Of a stretch of 57,399 bases of DNA, positions 24,981 to 35,402 are shown piece by piece. Within the stretch, counting starts at the first letter, position 1. Each line of letters starts with the position of its first letter. Source of the DNA: a virus (taxonomy: Duplodnaviria > Caudoviricetes); IMG/VR virus record IMGVR_UViG_3300032242_001530, positions 1 to 57,399 of that record; one strand, 5' to 3'. The notes beneath the pieces were generated by a model, which made no database searches, was not told the DNA's origin, and worked only from the letters and a program-made list of their open reading frames with translations. Position numbers and translations under genes: made by a program.

Positions 24981-27809
24981 TTAAGCCTGTGCTTCAGTCC
25001 AGCTGATACGAGTGTTAATGTTTCCTACAGGGGCCAATGCTGTTGCACAGATCGTAATCATATCTGGACCATCTGGGAACTTGTTCAAATATGTATTAGC
25101 TTGCCAAGATAAACCGCCAGACAGAATACTTGTACCAATATCTCTAACTAATGACATATCCTGTTGTGTCTGTCCTGCTGTAGATGTGAAGAATGAGAAC
25201 ATACTTTCACCACCTATGATTGGAGTTGCATTTGCATGCAAGCAATATTGTGCTAAACTAGAACCACCTACCGGACTCCAGAATCCTTGTGCAGGAGTTC
25301 CATTTAATACAACGTCAATACGATAAGGTGCTGTTGTTAGTACGTCCATTTGTCTAGGAACTAATTGCATACGATTATTGATTTCTCTTGCACCTAATAG
25401 ACCAGTAAATCCATTATCCACACTAGGAGAAGCACGTAAACTAATCATAGCATAACGAGTATTAGGTATCAAGTTAATTAACGGACTGTTCTGACCGACG
25501 TTAAATATCAAAGATTTATCATCGTCGTATTTGCCATCCATAATTACCGATGAACCCCAGTGACTTATTGTTGCTGCAACTGTCGGTGAATATAGTGACA
25601 CTTGAATCGGTACATTTGCCTGATACGTAAATGTATTCGCCGATGGTACACCACCGTTAACTGCTCTTGTACTAATGGTCAATACGTTCGCTGTCTTAGA
25701 TGAATACGTTATATATTCAATAGCACCGTTAATACCTGTATTTGAAACAGCTACGGTTCCAGATGATGGGAATGATGATGCATCTAAAACGTTAATTGAA
25801 GTTGCTGCAGATGTTAAGGTAGATGTTAATATTGTATATGGAGCCTGTGTACTTGTCTCATATCTTGCTGGCAAGTTACCTGAGCGCATATATGCTTCAG
25901 TATTAACGTTGTTATTCATGATACGATGACAATAAATTACCTCACCTCTGTTATTCTTAAATCCAAATCTAACTGCACCTGCACCATACCATGTGAAGTC
26001 TGCATAGAACATTTGCATTCTTGTTAAATCTATATTATATAGACTTGCTCCTGTGCCATCACATCTATCAATATTCCATGTGCTTTGTGGATATTTGGCA
26101 TCAATAGTCTTACTTAATAAACAGTTAGTTGCTGTAATTCCTCTGTAATCAGGAGAAATCCATAACTGTGTATCTGAGCTTATGGATACTACCAAATAAC
26201 TTGTACCTCGGATAACAATTCTATCCCCTGGTGTTAATTGAGTACTAAACTTAGTACCTACACCGTTGATCAAAGCGGAGCCTTGTTGGACATTAACTGT
26301 GCCTGAGATTTGAGTTGTACTAGATCTCTTAACACAATATAACTGTTGACCATCAAATTCAAAGAAGAAACCGTTTTGTTCATCGAACATTCCTAGTCTA
26401 TTTCTTGAACCATACCAACTATTAGGGCTAACTGTAATTGGGAAACCTGTTGCTGTTAGATTATTTGGTACTGAAGATATATTATATGTAAACTGTGTTT
26501 GAGAAAGCACACCTGTTACATTAAATGTACCATTATATTGAGAATCGTTTGCTCCACTAATAATGATATTTGCACCAACTCCTAAACCGTGAGGTACCTT
26601 GGAAGTTACTGTTGCGAATAATGCTGTAGTATTTGCAACAATAGTATCTACAACAATCGATGGTTTTAAGATAGAACCTGTACTAAATTGTACGCCCTTA
26701 CCAGATTGATAACGGAAATATCTACGTGTTTGTCTGATAAATTGCGAATTGTGCCATGGAGTTTGGTTTGTAAATTGTACACCACCATCGAACGCTCTGT
26801 GCTGCACATAACCTGTGTGTCTGTTAAACAAATTATTTGTCCCGCTTGCGGACAATGTAGCAGTTTGACTTCCGCCACCTGAGAATAAGAAACCGTTAGC
26901 AGTAAATGTATTACTTGTAGGTGTTGTTGCAACAGACCAAACACCGTTCAAACCTGTGACGCTTGAAGTATTAAGAATCCATACGCCGTTTCCAGGAGTT
27001 AACATATGTGGGTTTACTGTGTTAACTACAATAGTATTCGCATTAACAACAATGTTGTTGACAACGATTGAAGAATTTGAATAGAATGAACCAGAGAACA
27101 CATATGATTTTGTGCTATCAAACAATGTCCATTGAGGTATGCCTACTGTTCTATAAGTAAAGCTAGTATTGGATTGCAATGTTTCAATAACATACCAACC
27201 GTCTGCATTAGCTGTATCTAATGTACCTTGTACGAAAATAGGAGAACCCACATAAAGGTTAGGTGTAACTGTATCTGAGGTAGTAACTAATACAGAAGAA
27301 TTACCTAGATATGAACCTGTAATATTAGATACAAGAATAGAACCTGTAGAGTTATAGAATGCTGTAGGTCTATTTCCAATTAAACCGATACTTTCCCATT
27401 TTGTTGGCTGAATACCATATTCAAAGTCAGTATCAATTAATGATTGAGGTTCCGAAACTCTCATCTTACCTACAGGATCAAGTTGAGTCTCTGCAGGTGT
27501 AATTTCGTGATATGTTTCTTCAACCAGAATAGCAAGCTTATCTGTACTGCTCATTGCAGTAGTATTATAATTTAATATAATAGTTGTCGTTTCTAACGTA
27601 GTGCCTTGCCCCGGTGCACCTGAGGAAGAGGCAGAGTTTGTATAGGATGTAGCTGTTAGGTTAGGATCACTAAAATTATAAATTACTTTGTTTTGTGTTA
27701 CGTTAGTAATTAATAATAATTGCTCTCTACGAATGTTCTTACCATATACAACGATCGATCTTGCCGACGGTGTAAAGGTATATGCTTCTAATATTACGTG
27801 CTTTGCCAT
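24981..27809 (-). CDS. large virion structural protein (baseplate/fibre-associated)
   Basis: N-terminal YTFTP...LLLITNVT..KVIYNFSDP; repeated T..PH.L..G..I.I beta modules. Confidence 0.75.
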   Translation of the reverse strand: MAKHVILEAYTFTPSARSIVVYGKNIRREQLLLITNVTQNKVIYNFSDPNLTATSYTNSASSSGAPGQGTTLETTTIILNYNTTAMSSTDKLAILVEETYHEITPAETQLDPVGKMRVSEPQSLIDTDFEYGIQPTKWESIGLIGNRPTAFYNSTGSILVSNITGSYLGNSSVLVTTSDTVTPNLYVGSPIFVQGTLDTANADGWYVIETLQSNTSFTYRTVGIPQWTLFDSTKSYVFSGSFYSNSSIVVNNIVVNANTIVVNTVNPHMLTPGNGVWILNTSSVTGLNGVWSVATTPTSNTFTANGFLFSGGGSQTATLSASGTNNLFNRHTGYVQHRAFDGGVQFTNQTPWHNSQFIRQTRRYFRYQSGKGVQFSTGSILKPSIVVDTIVANTTALFATVTSKVPHGLGVGANIIISGANDSQYNGTFNVTGVLSQTQFTYNISSVPNNLTATGFPITVSPNSWYGSRNRLGMFDEQNGFFFEFDGQQLYCVKRSSTTQISGTVNVQQGSALINGVGTKFSTQLTPGDRIVIRGTSYLVVSISSDTQLWISPDYRGITATNCLLSKTIDAKYPQSTWNIDRCDGTGASLYNIDLTRMQMFYADFTWYGAGAVRFGFKNNRGEVIYCHRIMNNNVNTEAYMRSGNLPARYETSTQAPYTILTSTLTSAATSINVLDASSFPSSGTVAVSNTGINGAIEYITYSSKTANVLTISTRAVNGGVPSANTFTYQANVPIQVSLYSPTVAATISHWGSSVIMDGKYDDDKSLIFNVGQNSPLINLIPNTRYAMISLRASPSVDNGFTGLLGAREINNRMQLVPRQMDVLTTAPYRIDVVLNGTPAQGFWSPVGGSSLAQYCLHANATPIIGGESMFSFFTSTAGQTQQDMSLVRDIGTSILSGGLSWQANTYLNKFPDGPDMITICATALAPVGNINTRISWTEAQA

Positions 27810-27815
27810 TTTGTT

Positions 27816-28256
27816 TTAATCTCCTAGAGCTATGCTACTTGTTGTGAAAGGGTAGCGTCTTTCTTGTTGTGTTGAACTTGCGTTGCGAAGTATAATCGAG
27901 CATGTTGAATTTACTTGAGGGGCAGTATAGAATAAAATTTGGTCCCCTACAATTCTAAATCCATTAAATGCATCATATGGTGTTATCCATGGCCATGTTC
28001 TTTGTACTACATATGGTGGAATAACTATGCCATTTAATGCAACGTCAAAGTCTTTTGAATCTGCTATTGTATTATTTATTACTGTAGAAAGGTTTGCAGT
28101 ATTGATAGTCAAACCAAATACAGATGTTACACCGTCAAATAAAGGAGTAACATCGTCTAACACCCTTACAATATTATCAGGGATTGGCCAATCTCCACCT
28201 AACGATTTCTGAAAGGTATCATTAAGTGAAAAAACGCCTCTGTTTGTTGTTAACAT
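27816..28256 (-). CDS. small virion protein with N-terminal NxG..DWP motif
   Basis: MLTTNRGVFSLNDTFQKSLGGDWP, then LDD.T..FDG.T..F.L and F..AP module. Confidence 0.75.
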   Translation of the reverse strand: MLTTNRGVFSLNDTFQKSLGGDWPIPDNIVRVLDDVTPLFDGVTSVFGLTINTANLSTVINNTIADSKDFDVALNGIVIPPYVVQRTWPWITPYDAFNGFRIVGDQILFYTAPQVNSTCSIILRNASSTQQERRYPFTTSSIALGD

Positions 28257-28265
28257 TTCTTACCT

Positions 28266-30098
28266 TTATGGATAATACGTAAATCCGCCAGCAACGGTTG
28301 GGTATCTAAACATAACAATTCCTGAGCCACCTGCACCACCGTCACCGCCTTGAGCAACACCGCCAGGTGAACCGCCTGAACCACCACCACCGCCAGTATT
28401 TACGTTACCTGCAAATCCATTATAACCACCCTTACCGTTTACGACGGAGCCATACCACGATGACTGAGATCCTGGGGAACCTGTAACAGCATAATATGGC
28501 ATGGATGCACCGCCTCCGCCTGCACCGCCTTCAGAGTCTCTTGTTTGTGGACCAGGATAAGGTTTACTATTATAACCGCCGCCTCCGCCTGCAAAATATC
28601 TAAGAGTAGGATCTGGTCCAGGAGTTCCCAATGAAGGATGAACTGCTATACCTGCACCGATACCACCTGCACCTAAGTATACGCCAGGATGTGATGGGTT
28701 TGGAGTTGTAACCCCAGAGCCACCTGCACCACCGCCACCGCCACCAGGATCAGATGAGCCAGGCCATCCATTAAATCCTGCTATACCTATACCAGGACTT
28801 CCGTTAGCTCCATAACCCGCATATCCCGAACCTGTACTACCATTTGTACCAGCCCATTGCGAACCATGTGCTGTAATTTGATATGGTAAAGCAGTACTTG
28901 TTATATAACTAGGGTTTCCTGGAGTAGCACCAGTACCAGCATAATTACCACTTTCAATAGCACCGGATCCGCCACCGCCTATAGTTGCAGAGAAGGTATT
29001 GCCTGTATATACTTTCGCATTACCAGACATAAAGCCACCGCCACCTGCACCCCCTATGCCAAAATAACCTGCGTTAATGTAACCGCCACCTGCACCACCA
29101 CCAACTACAAAGTAATCTAGGGTTTTACCACCAGGAGACGCCGATGTGATTGTTAGTGTTCCTGGTCCTGGGAATGCATGTGTATTAAAGGTTGCAGATG
29201 TTAATAATGTTCCTCCCGAAGCAACAATCGGTGCTGCAACTACCATAACGTTAGGAGTGACAAATTTAATATTACCTGTTACGCTATTTTCTCTAAGTTG
29301 TAATTTAAAATTTCTTGGTTCAGCAGTAACTGAACCAACTCTAAATGTCAATGTATACACATTAGAATTACCTACAGGAGTAAATGATCCAGTATTTGCA
29401 CTGGTCATTTCTGAATTCAACAGATTACCTATAGTAGAATAGTATACAGGAATATTGTTTGCGTTGAGTGTAGATACTGCCCATTGTACGATACCGTTGT
29501 CTTGTAAGATCGTAGTATTTGCAATAACTTGATTAACTGTAAATGTCTTGGATACGTCTAATATTTCTACCAAACCATTTGCCATTGAAGCATTTGTTTG
29601 ATATATTAAATTTCCTGTTTGTGTACGAGAATGAATATTCAATCCAAACTTTTCACCTTCTTCTGTTAAAGGTGATAAATCTGGATTAATACTTAATGTG
29701 ATAGTACCAACATTACCTACGATGTTAACTGCACCTGTATTGCCTCCCAAGAAATCTGAGACATCTACATTACCTGTAGCCCCGTATACGTCGTAATATA
29801 AAGTGGTAGGTGTATTTACGTTTGCAGTTACTACAGTATAAGTAACTAAATTACCTTCTGCAACTTGATTTATGTTCGCAGTAACACTAACAATTCTCGA
29901 TCTATCGGGTATCAATGTTCCGGTTGTTACACCAATTACAGGACCGTCAACACTATTTTTTCTTAATTTAACATAGAAGGTTTTATTGCCTTCAAGATAA
30001 TATGGTACAGCAACTAATCCGACGTTTGCTTTACCCCCGGTAACAACAACCGTACCGCTTAAACTGTTAGATGCAAAATTTGTTGCGTATAAAGTCAT
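28266..30098 (-). CDS. Gly-rich adhesin-like protein with Calx-beta/Ig-like repeats ('socket' gene, pair 3)
   Basis: Start reassigned to MTLYATNFASNSLSGTV (30098) by paralogy with 47969 and 53016; half repeat + 2 full repeats + Gly-rich domain. Confidence 0.85.
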   Translation of the reverse strand: MTLYATNFASNSLSGTVVVTGGKANVGLVAVPYYLEGNKTFYVKLRKNSVDGPVIGVTTGTLIPDRSRIVSVTANINQVAEGNLVTYTVVTANVNTPTTLYYDVYGATGNVDVSDFLGGNTGAVNIVGNVGTITLSINPDLSPLTEEGEKFGLNIHSRTQTGNLIYQTNASMANGLVEILDVSKTFTVNQVIANTTILQDNGIVQWAVSTLNANNIPVYYSTIGNLLNSEMTSANTGSFTPVGNSNVYTLTFRVGSVTAEPRNFKLQLRENSVTGNIKFVTPNVMVVAAPIVASGGTLLTSATFNTHAFPGPGTLTITSASPGGKTLDYFVVGGGAGGGYINAGYFGIGGAGGGGFMSGNAKVYTGNTFSATIGGGGSGAIESGNYAGTGATPGNPSYITSTALPYQITAHGSQWAGTNGSTGSGYAGYGANGSPGIGIAGFNGWPGSSDPGGGGGGAGGSGVTTPNPSHPGVYLGAGGIGAGIAVHPSLGTPGPDPTLRYFAGGGGGYNSKPYPGPQTRDSEGGAGGGGASMPYYAVTGSPGSQSSWYGSVVNGKGGYNGFAGNVNTGGGGGSGGSPGGVAQGGDGGAGGSGIVMFRYPTVAGGFTYYP

Positions 30099-30100
30099 TT

Positions 30101-31015
30101 TTATTCTTCCAATGTCCAATACAATGTAGTACCTTCAGTAATACTTGTGTCAAATACGAAATACATTTGTTTATTAAATTCTGTACTAGTTACAGTAGAT
30201 AGTAATGTAGTAGATTCTGTTTGTCTGTAGGATGAGAATACAGAAACGCCATTATTTGATCCATACGGACTAACATAACTTGCGTATAATTTATCACCCA
30301 ATTGAATTAGTTTAGAACGGTCAATAATTTCAACCGTAGAATTTGCAGGTATGGGTAAATTATATGTATAATAGGCTCTTGGCTGAGAATTTGCCCAACC
30401 CACATAAGATGTAAATGTTACAGGGTCACTTGTAATATTTACGACCTTGATACTTTCAAAAAGTAAAGATGATGTGCCTGTATCTACAATTTGTATATTA
30501 GTATTACTTGTGGGTATAGTTACTCCGCTACCAATATATCCCTGATCGTCGTATATACCTTCATATGTGAATATAGCACTTAAAATTGAATTATTTGGCG
30601 TCAATGAACTATTAAATCCCTGAATATAGATTATATCGCCAGGTGAAAGTATTTGAGGTTTCTGTATCATTTCTACAGATTGTCCTACAGGCAATTGTAT
30701 CAGGTTAGCCATAACTGCAGCATTACCGGATGCATATCCTACATTACTATAAAAATATGCTTTATTTCCAGATATATTCGTTACATGCATAGAGCGCAAA
30801 ATATATCTACTATTCTGACTACCACCCGCCAATACGATAGTTGGGGTAAGGTTAGCACCTATAGTATAGTATTGAGTGCCGTCAATATATGTATTAAAGT
30901 TCTCAGAACTAATCTTAGATGAGATTGTTCCAGAAGCAGTATTATATACAATACCTTTTCCGGCCTTGACCAATGTGCTCAAGTCTTTAATTTGTGGGCT
31001 ATTTATTAAACGCAT
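30101..31015 (-). CDS. short fibre/adaptor protein ('plug' gene, pair 3)
   Basis: AGKGI...LRSMHVTNIS twin domains...EGTTLYWTLEE*; paralogous to the C-termini of 50964 and 55270. Confidence 0.85.
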   Translation of the reverse strand: MRLINSPQIKDLSTLVKAGKGIVYNTASGTISSKISSENFNTYIDGTQYYTIGANLTPTIVLAGGSQNSRYILRSMHVTNISGNKAYFYSNVGYASGNAAVMANLIQLPVGQSVEMIQKPQILSPGDIIYIQGFNSSLTPNNSILSAIFTYEGIYDDQGYIGSGVTIPTSNTNIQIVDTGTSSLLFESIKVVNITSDPVTFTSYVGWANSQPRAYYTYNLPIPANSTVEIIDRSKLIQLGDKLYASYVSPYGSNNGVSVFSSYRQTESTTLLSTVTSTEFNKQMYFVFDTSITEGTTLYWTLEE

Positions 31016-31037
31016 TTCGATTTTTCTGTTATACTTA

Positions 31038-31045
31038 TATTTATA
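31038..31045 (-). promoter_or_regulatory. T4-type late promoter
   Basis: Intergenic TATAAATA 22 nt upstream of the ATG at 31015. Confidence 0.8.
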
Positions 31046-31882
31046 TTAATTCAAATCTTTGTTCTTGATAGAAAACACGGCATTTTTGTCTATTTCTATC
31101 GAATTTTTCATGTTTCTATACCTTGTTTTCTTCTTATCTCTTTGCATCATTGAATTAGCACCAATCACTAATAAAATAGCTAATGGATCAAATACTACAA
31201 TAATTAGTATAATCATCCAGGATACTGCTTTCTCCAGTATACTAGCATCTGTTGCTCCATACATAAATGCTGCAATATACTTTATAGGACCTACTTCTGC
31301 TTCAACCTTGCGCATTTCCGCTGCTATAGGAGCTCGTTCCTCATTGAGGCTAGTAATTTTTTTCTGTTCGGCTTCAATATCAGCGATAAGCCTAGTACGC
31401 TCTTTGCTCTGTCCTCTACGTATTGCCACTGCTTTGTCGGCACCTTTTTCATCTGTACTTCTGCCCATAACTTGATCCACTGCGTCATCAAGTTGTTTAA
31501 TTGCCTTGCGGTCAGATTCGATGTTTTCACGAGATATTTTGATTTTTTCATCATATATTGCCACCTTTGCCAGGACATCGCCCGATACTAAATTTTGATC
31601 GCTATGAGCTTTGGATAAAAATCCAAATATACCCATAGACGTGAGTAATGATAAAACTATAACACTAATAATGAAATACGTTCTCATCAATACATTTATA
31701 GAATCCCATTGTCTATATACATAAGATGCTGTTACAAGTTTGCCGACTTCAAGTGCGGCACCCATTATAAAAATAGGTAGAGGACTAGCAGAAAATATGT
31801 AGGTCAATCCTATGATTGAAAAATAACCTGCTATTCCAGATATGACCAATGCTGTTAGTAATAATATAATTGGAAAAATCAT
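31046..31882 (-). CDS. membrane protein with long coiled coil
   Basis: Three N-terminal TM segments, coiled coil, then EAEVGPIKY..IIVVFDPLA TM. Confidence 0.8.
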   Translation of the reverse strand: MIFPIILLLTALVISGIAGYFSIIGLTYIFSASPLPIFIMGAALEVGKLVTASYVYRQWDSINVLMRTYFIISVIVLSLLTSMGIFGFLSKAHSDQNLVSGDVLAKVAIYDEKIKISRENIESDRKAIKQLDDAVDQVMGRSTDEKGADKAVAIRRGQSKERTRLIADIEAEQKKITSLNEERAPIAAEMRKVEAEVGPIKYIAAFMYGATDASILEKAVSWMIILIIVVFDPLAILLVIGANSMMQRDKKKTRYRNMKNSIEIDKNAVFSIKNKDLN

Positions 31883-31902
31883 AATCCGTATCTCGATCTA
31901 TT

Positions 31903-32763
31903 TTATCTGATCCACATCCATATAGTATTTGGATTAGCAGGATCCATTGAAACAGAACCACTTATACCTCCGGATATCCAAGGTGCAGGATTCCATCCTC
32001 CGTTTACAGACATGGGAGTTCCCCACCATGAACCATTGTCATTGCGTGTTGTAGTAAAGATTGCATTACCTACAAAAGGATAACCTGGAGCATCCGCTCT
32101 ATTAGCATACCAAGGCATTCTGTGTTCTATGCCGTTGTCGTCATAGTTCCAAGTTGCACTATCAGAAGCAGTACCTGCTCCGAATCTAGTTATTTCTGCA
32201 ATATTTTGATGAAATCCGTCGGGTCCATATACTGGATCTGTACCAAAGTAATTAGGATTGGCATCATAGCTTGCTTGATCTACTTGATCTAAAAAGCTGT
32301 AATAACCATTGGATGTCCATATGCCACCGTTGCGACCACGATCATATGCTTCTAACATATAATCAAATCCTGCCGAGGCTCTCTTAATATAATCAGACCA
32401 ACCAATTATACTATAGTTATATGTGCCGTCGGTTAAAACATTTCCGCCGGTATTTAATGTTGTAGGAACAGATGTCTGATTACGCAATAGACAATTTGTG
32501 AAACTCCAATCATTGTATACATTTTGCATTACTAAAGTCCAACCGCCGCCGTCTGTGGTCATATCACAATAGACTCGGAAAGGTGCACCCCCATTTATAT
32601 TAGAGTTCTTAATCCAATACAATCCATCTGTGCTTGAAGGATAATCTTGTTTAATTTGATATGCGCTTGAAGATGCGTTGCTGGAAGACAATCCGTTAGG
32701 CTTGGCTAGCGGTCCTGCCTGTAACTTCATTCCCCCTCGTTGTTTCATGCCTGTTATTATCAT
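31903..32763 (-). CDS. fibrinogen-C/intelectin-like domain protein
   Basis: DGLYWI...VYCDMTTDGGGWTLV signature; ends MWIR. Confidence 0.85.
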   Translation of the reverse strand: MIITGMKQRGGMKLQAGPLAKPNGLSSSNASSSAYQIKQDYPSSTDGLYWIKNSNINGGAPFRVYCDMTTDGGGWTLVMQNVYNDWSFTNCLLRNQTSVPTTLNTGGNVLTDGTYNYSIIGWSDYIKRASAGFDYMLEAYDRGRNGGIWTSNGYYSFLDQVDQASYDANPNYFGTDPVYGPDGFHQNIAEITRFGAGTASDSATWNYDDNGIEHRMPWYANRADAPGYPFVGNAIFTTTRNDNGSWWGTPMSVNGGWNPAPWISGGISGSVSMDPANPNTIWMWIR

Positions 32764-33152
32764 ATTTTTATATGTGTCCTATGTACTCTACATTGTATTT
32801 GACCATTATAATAACCATCGGTTTCTAATACTCTGCGATCCATTTGTTCTCTTGCTTCAAGATAATTACAAGATCCTTTGTTAGGACAAATATGTAATAT
32901 CTCTCTTATAAATTTATCTACGCCCAAGGTTTCTACATCTTTTTTAACTTCATCGGATGAAGACCAATAGTCTCTCCAATCAGATTCAACCTTGATACGT
33001 TTCTTTTTACCTTTAACTTGTTTAGTTTTTCTAAACCAAAAAAGTTTCTTTCCTATATACTTTCGTCCAGTAACAGTATTTGTAATCAAATACACATAAC
33101 CATAAGCATCTTCTGGAACTATTTCTAACGGAGAATTATTATATAACCACAT
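32760..33152 (-). CDS. GIY-YIG family endonuclease
   Basis: GYVYLITN..GRKYIGKK, ESDW..Y.SS, F.REIL, YLEAREQ, YYN. Confidence 0.88.
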   Translation of the reverse strand: MWLYNNSPLEIVPEDAYGYVYLITNTVTGRKYIGKKLFWFRKTKQVKGKKKRIKVESDWRDYWSSSDEVKKDVETLGVDKFIREILHICPNKGSCNYLEAREQMDRRVLETDGYYNGQIQCRVHRTHIKI

Positions 33153-33173
33153 AAAATACCAATTCTAAATTAG

Positions 33174-33181
33174 TATTTATT
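33174..33181 (-). promoter_or_regulatory. possible late promoter variant
   Basis: AATAAATA 21 nt upstream of the ATG at 33152 (one mismatch to TATAAATA). Confidence 0.4.
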
Positions 33182-33545
33182 GGTCTACAATCTCCCAAAT
33201 ATCTCCATCCTCAACAAATTTTTCGTGTTCATCGCGCGGGGGAAGTAGAAAGTAATCATCGGGATCTGTCATAACATCCTCGAGTCTTTCTGTTGCAAGC
33301 CCATTCCCCATGGTGCCTGTCTTTATAAGCATTCTTGTTTGTATAGATTTTTTATATCTATGTTCTTCTGACTCATCTCGAGCCATGTATTCTTTTTGCT
33401 TCTCCGAGAATACTTGTTTTTGTTCCTCAGACCATTGTCTTGAATTGGCACAGGCCCGACAACAATATGTGCCAGGCTTACTGTGCTGTGTTCCACATTT
33501 AGGACAAGTCTTCGTCTTCGTTGTCGAGGTCTTCGTATTGCTCAT
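33177..33545 (-). CDS. zinc-finger/NUMOD3-like DNA-binding protein
   Basis: CPKCG...YCCRACAN followed by SEEQKQVFSEKQK. Confidence 0.7.
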   Translation of the reverse strand: MSNTKTSTTKTKTCPKCGTQHSKPGTYCCRACANSRQWSEEQKQVFSEKQKEYMARDESEEHRYKKSIQTRMLIKTGTMGNGLATERLEDVMTDPDDYFLLPPRDEHEKFVEDGDIWEIVDQ

Positions 33546-33678
33546 CTATTTGATCTTCATCTATAGTGGCACCGCAGAATGGACAAAACTCTACATTATA
33601 ATGATGCTCATCTAAGTCGTGCTTTATCTTGAAGACGGCACTACATTCGACGCATTCATGGTGTTTATTTTTTGCCAT
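33499..33678 (-). CDS. 59-aa zinc-ribbon protein with acidic tail (not in ORF track)
   Basis: MAKNKHHECVECSAVF...FCPFCGATIDEDQIDEQYEDLDNEDEDLS*; GAGG SD. Confidence 0.8.
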   Translation of the reverse strand: MAKNKHHECVECSAVFKIKHDLDEHHYNVEFCPFCGATIDEDQIDEQYEDLDNEDEDLS

Positions 33679-34118
33679 GTATCGATTCCTCTCTTCTTTG
33701 CTTCTGCTTCAAATACTCTTGTTCTTAAATCGGATGAACTAAAGTAATGGTCTCTTTTGTTGAAATAAATTTCAATCTTTCTCTTTTCACATATAACCTT
33801 GCCCGTGAATTCTGTGTCTCTATATTCTTCACCCATAATACGAACATCAATAGGCAAGGACATAAAGATATCCTCGAGCTCTTTTTCTGTAGAATAAACA
33901 ATAATTTCATCTACATGCTTACAAGCTGATACTTGTATTTGTCGTTCAATGATAGATTGAACGGGTTTATTCTTTGTTGTTCTATCCAATGTAGGATCTG
34001 TTTGTATTGCTGCAATTAAATAATCGCATTGTCTTTTCGCTTCTTCAAGCATTATAACATGACCAGCATGAAATAAATCAAAAGTACTGCAAGTAATTCC
34101 TATACGTTTCTTAATCAT
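33624..34118 (-). CDS. tagD: TagD-like (glycerol-3-phosphate) cytidylyltransferase
   Basis: TFDLFHAGH (HxGH), ER....ACKHVDE, R...SSSDLR. Confidence 0.85.
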   Translation of the reverse strand: MIKKRIGITCSTFDLFHAGHVIMLEEAKRQCDYLIAAIQTDPTLDRTTKNKPVQSIIERQIQVSACKHVDEIIVYSTEKELEDIFMSLPIDVRIMGEEYRDTEFTGKVICEKRKIEIYFNKRDHYFSSSDLRTRVFEAEAKKRGIDTWQKINTMNASNVVPSSR

Positions 34119-34585
34119 ATTTTCTCCACTTCAATTTTACATTGATTTAAAAATCTTATACCATCAGTATTTCTGTACTGATTTCTATAGAATACTTTAT
34201 TTATACCTGCGGTATGAATCATTTTAGCACAGGCAAAGCAAGGTGCGTGAGTAATATACATCGTCGCACCTTCCCCAGATTCGGATGATCTTGCTAATTT
34301 GCCTATGGCATTTGCCTCAGCATGTATCACTTCATCCTTTGTCAATAGATCAATAGTAACACCATTATATTTTTCGCCACCTTGATCTACATAATATTCA
34401 AATTCGTTTCTAACTTCTAACTCACAGTTGTTATCCCAACCTGCAGGCGTACCGTTATACCCTATAGATATAACTCTATTATCTTTAGTTATAATAGCAC
34501 CAACCTTTAGGCGCCTTGCATAAGACAACTCCGAGTACGCCTCGGCAACTTTCATATGTGCATAATCTATTCTATTCATTTCCAA
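34115..34585 (-). CDS. cd: dCMP deaminase
   Basis: GYNG, HAEANA and PCFACA zinc motifs. Confidence 0.93.
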   Translation of the reverse strand: MEMNRIDYAHMKVAEAYSELSYARRLKVGAIITKDNRVISIGYNGTPAGWDNNCELEVRNEFEYYVDQGGEKYNGVTIDLLTKDEVIHAEANAIGKLARSSESGEGATMYITHAPCFACAKMIHTAGINKVFYRNQYRNTDGIRFLNQCKIEVEKI

Positions 34586-35214
34586 CTTACCATTTTAAAT
34601 CTTTCTTTAGGAATACCAAAGTAATTACATTTCCAATCGCTTTGAGCAAAGAAATCTAGATTATGCCATTGATCCTTGTTTTTTAATATTTGTATTCCTG
34701 CATCTTGCCAATCAATAGTTAATAATTTTTCCTCAATTATAATTTTTATGTTATTAATTTCTTCATAGTTAAAACTATCCCATTCCCAATGCAATATCTC
34801 AAAACAATTGCCTTCTCTATCAACATAATCCATTGAGAAGTCTAATCCCCATTTTGGTCTTAAGGATATAATTTTATGTATCAAGGGTAATTTTTTAGAC
34901 CAATAGTTTAATTCCTTAAGAGCATCTCCAGTATAAGCTTTTCTTTCAAATAATAAACTGTGGTTTAATACCGAACCCTCTACCTCTAAATCTTGAGTAA
35001 ACCAATCCTCTTTCAATGCTGATCTATGTTCTCTATGTTTTTTAGATTTGTGTCTATTACTATAAGCATAATGTTTTTCTAATTCTGTTAAATCAAAACC
35101 ATTCTGATCAAACAATGCAACATCTTCGAAGGTAGGCTCAAATAGAATTTTTTCTATAGGAACAGACCAATACCCATTAGGATTGAATTGATTGTCGGTT
35201 AACAGAACTTTCAT
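34576..35214 (-). CDS. hypothetical protein
   Basis: 212 aa, aromatic-rich; FDQNG, NHSLLFER, PKWGLDFSMDY. Confidence 0.75.
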   Translation of the reverse strand: MKVLLTDNQFNPNGYWSVPIEKILFEPTFEDVALFDQNGFDLTELEKHYAYSNRHKSKKHREHRSALKEDWFTQDLEVEGSVLNHSLLFERKAYTGDALKELNYWSKKLPLIHKIISLRPKWGLDFSMDYVDREGNCFEILHWEWDSFNYEEINNIKIIIEEKLLTIDWQDAGIQILKNKDQWHNLDFFAQSDWKCNYFGIPKERFKMVSWK

Positions 35215-35402
35215 TATTCCTCAGGTCCCCATTTACCTTTAGGGCATGCTTGCCCTCTTAGCATTGTCTTTCCCCATATGGCACAACCACAAACTTCACA
35301 ACCCTTTATCCCTACCCAAGTAGTTAGATGTTCGCAATCATCACATATTTTTCTTCGTCTATCTAAAAAAGATATTACTTTTGTGTTTGTATCGCTATCC
35401 AT
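35214..35402 (-). CDS. small six-Cys metal-binding protein
   Basis: R..IC..C...C..CGC...K......CP.GKW. Confidence 0.8.
   Translation of the reverse strand: MDSDTNTKVISFLDRRRKICDDCEHLTTWVGIKGCEVCGCAIWGKTMLRGQACPKGKWGPEE

Noticed and set aside
30099-30119. Track start MDIGRIK for the 28266 gene (and similar extensions at 5854, 9165, 3242, 35638, 41759)
   Set aside because: These are upstream extensions into neighbouring genes; paralogy, SD position or stop/start overlaps favour the downstream ATGs.
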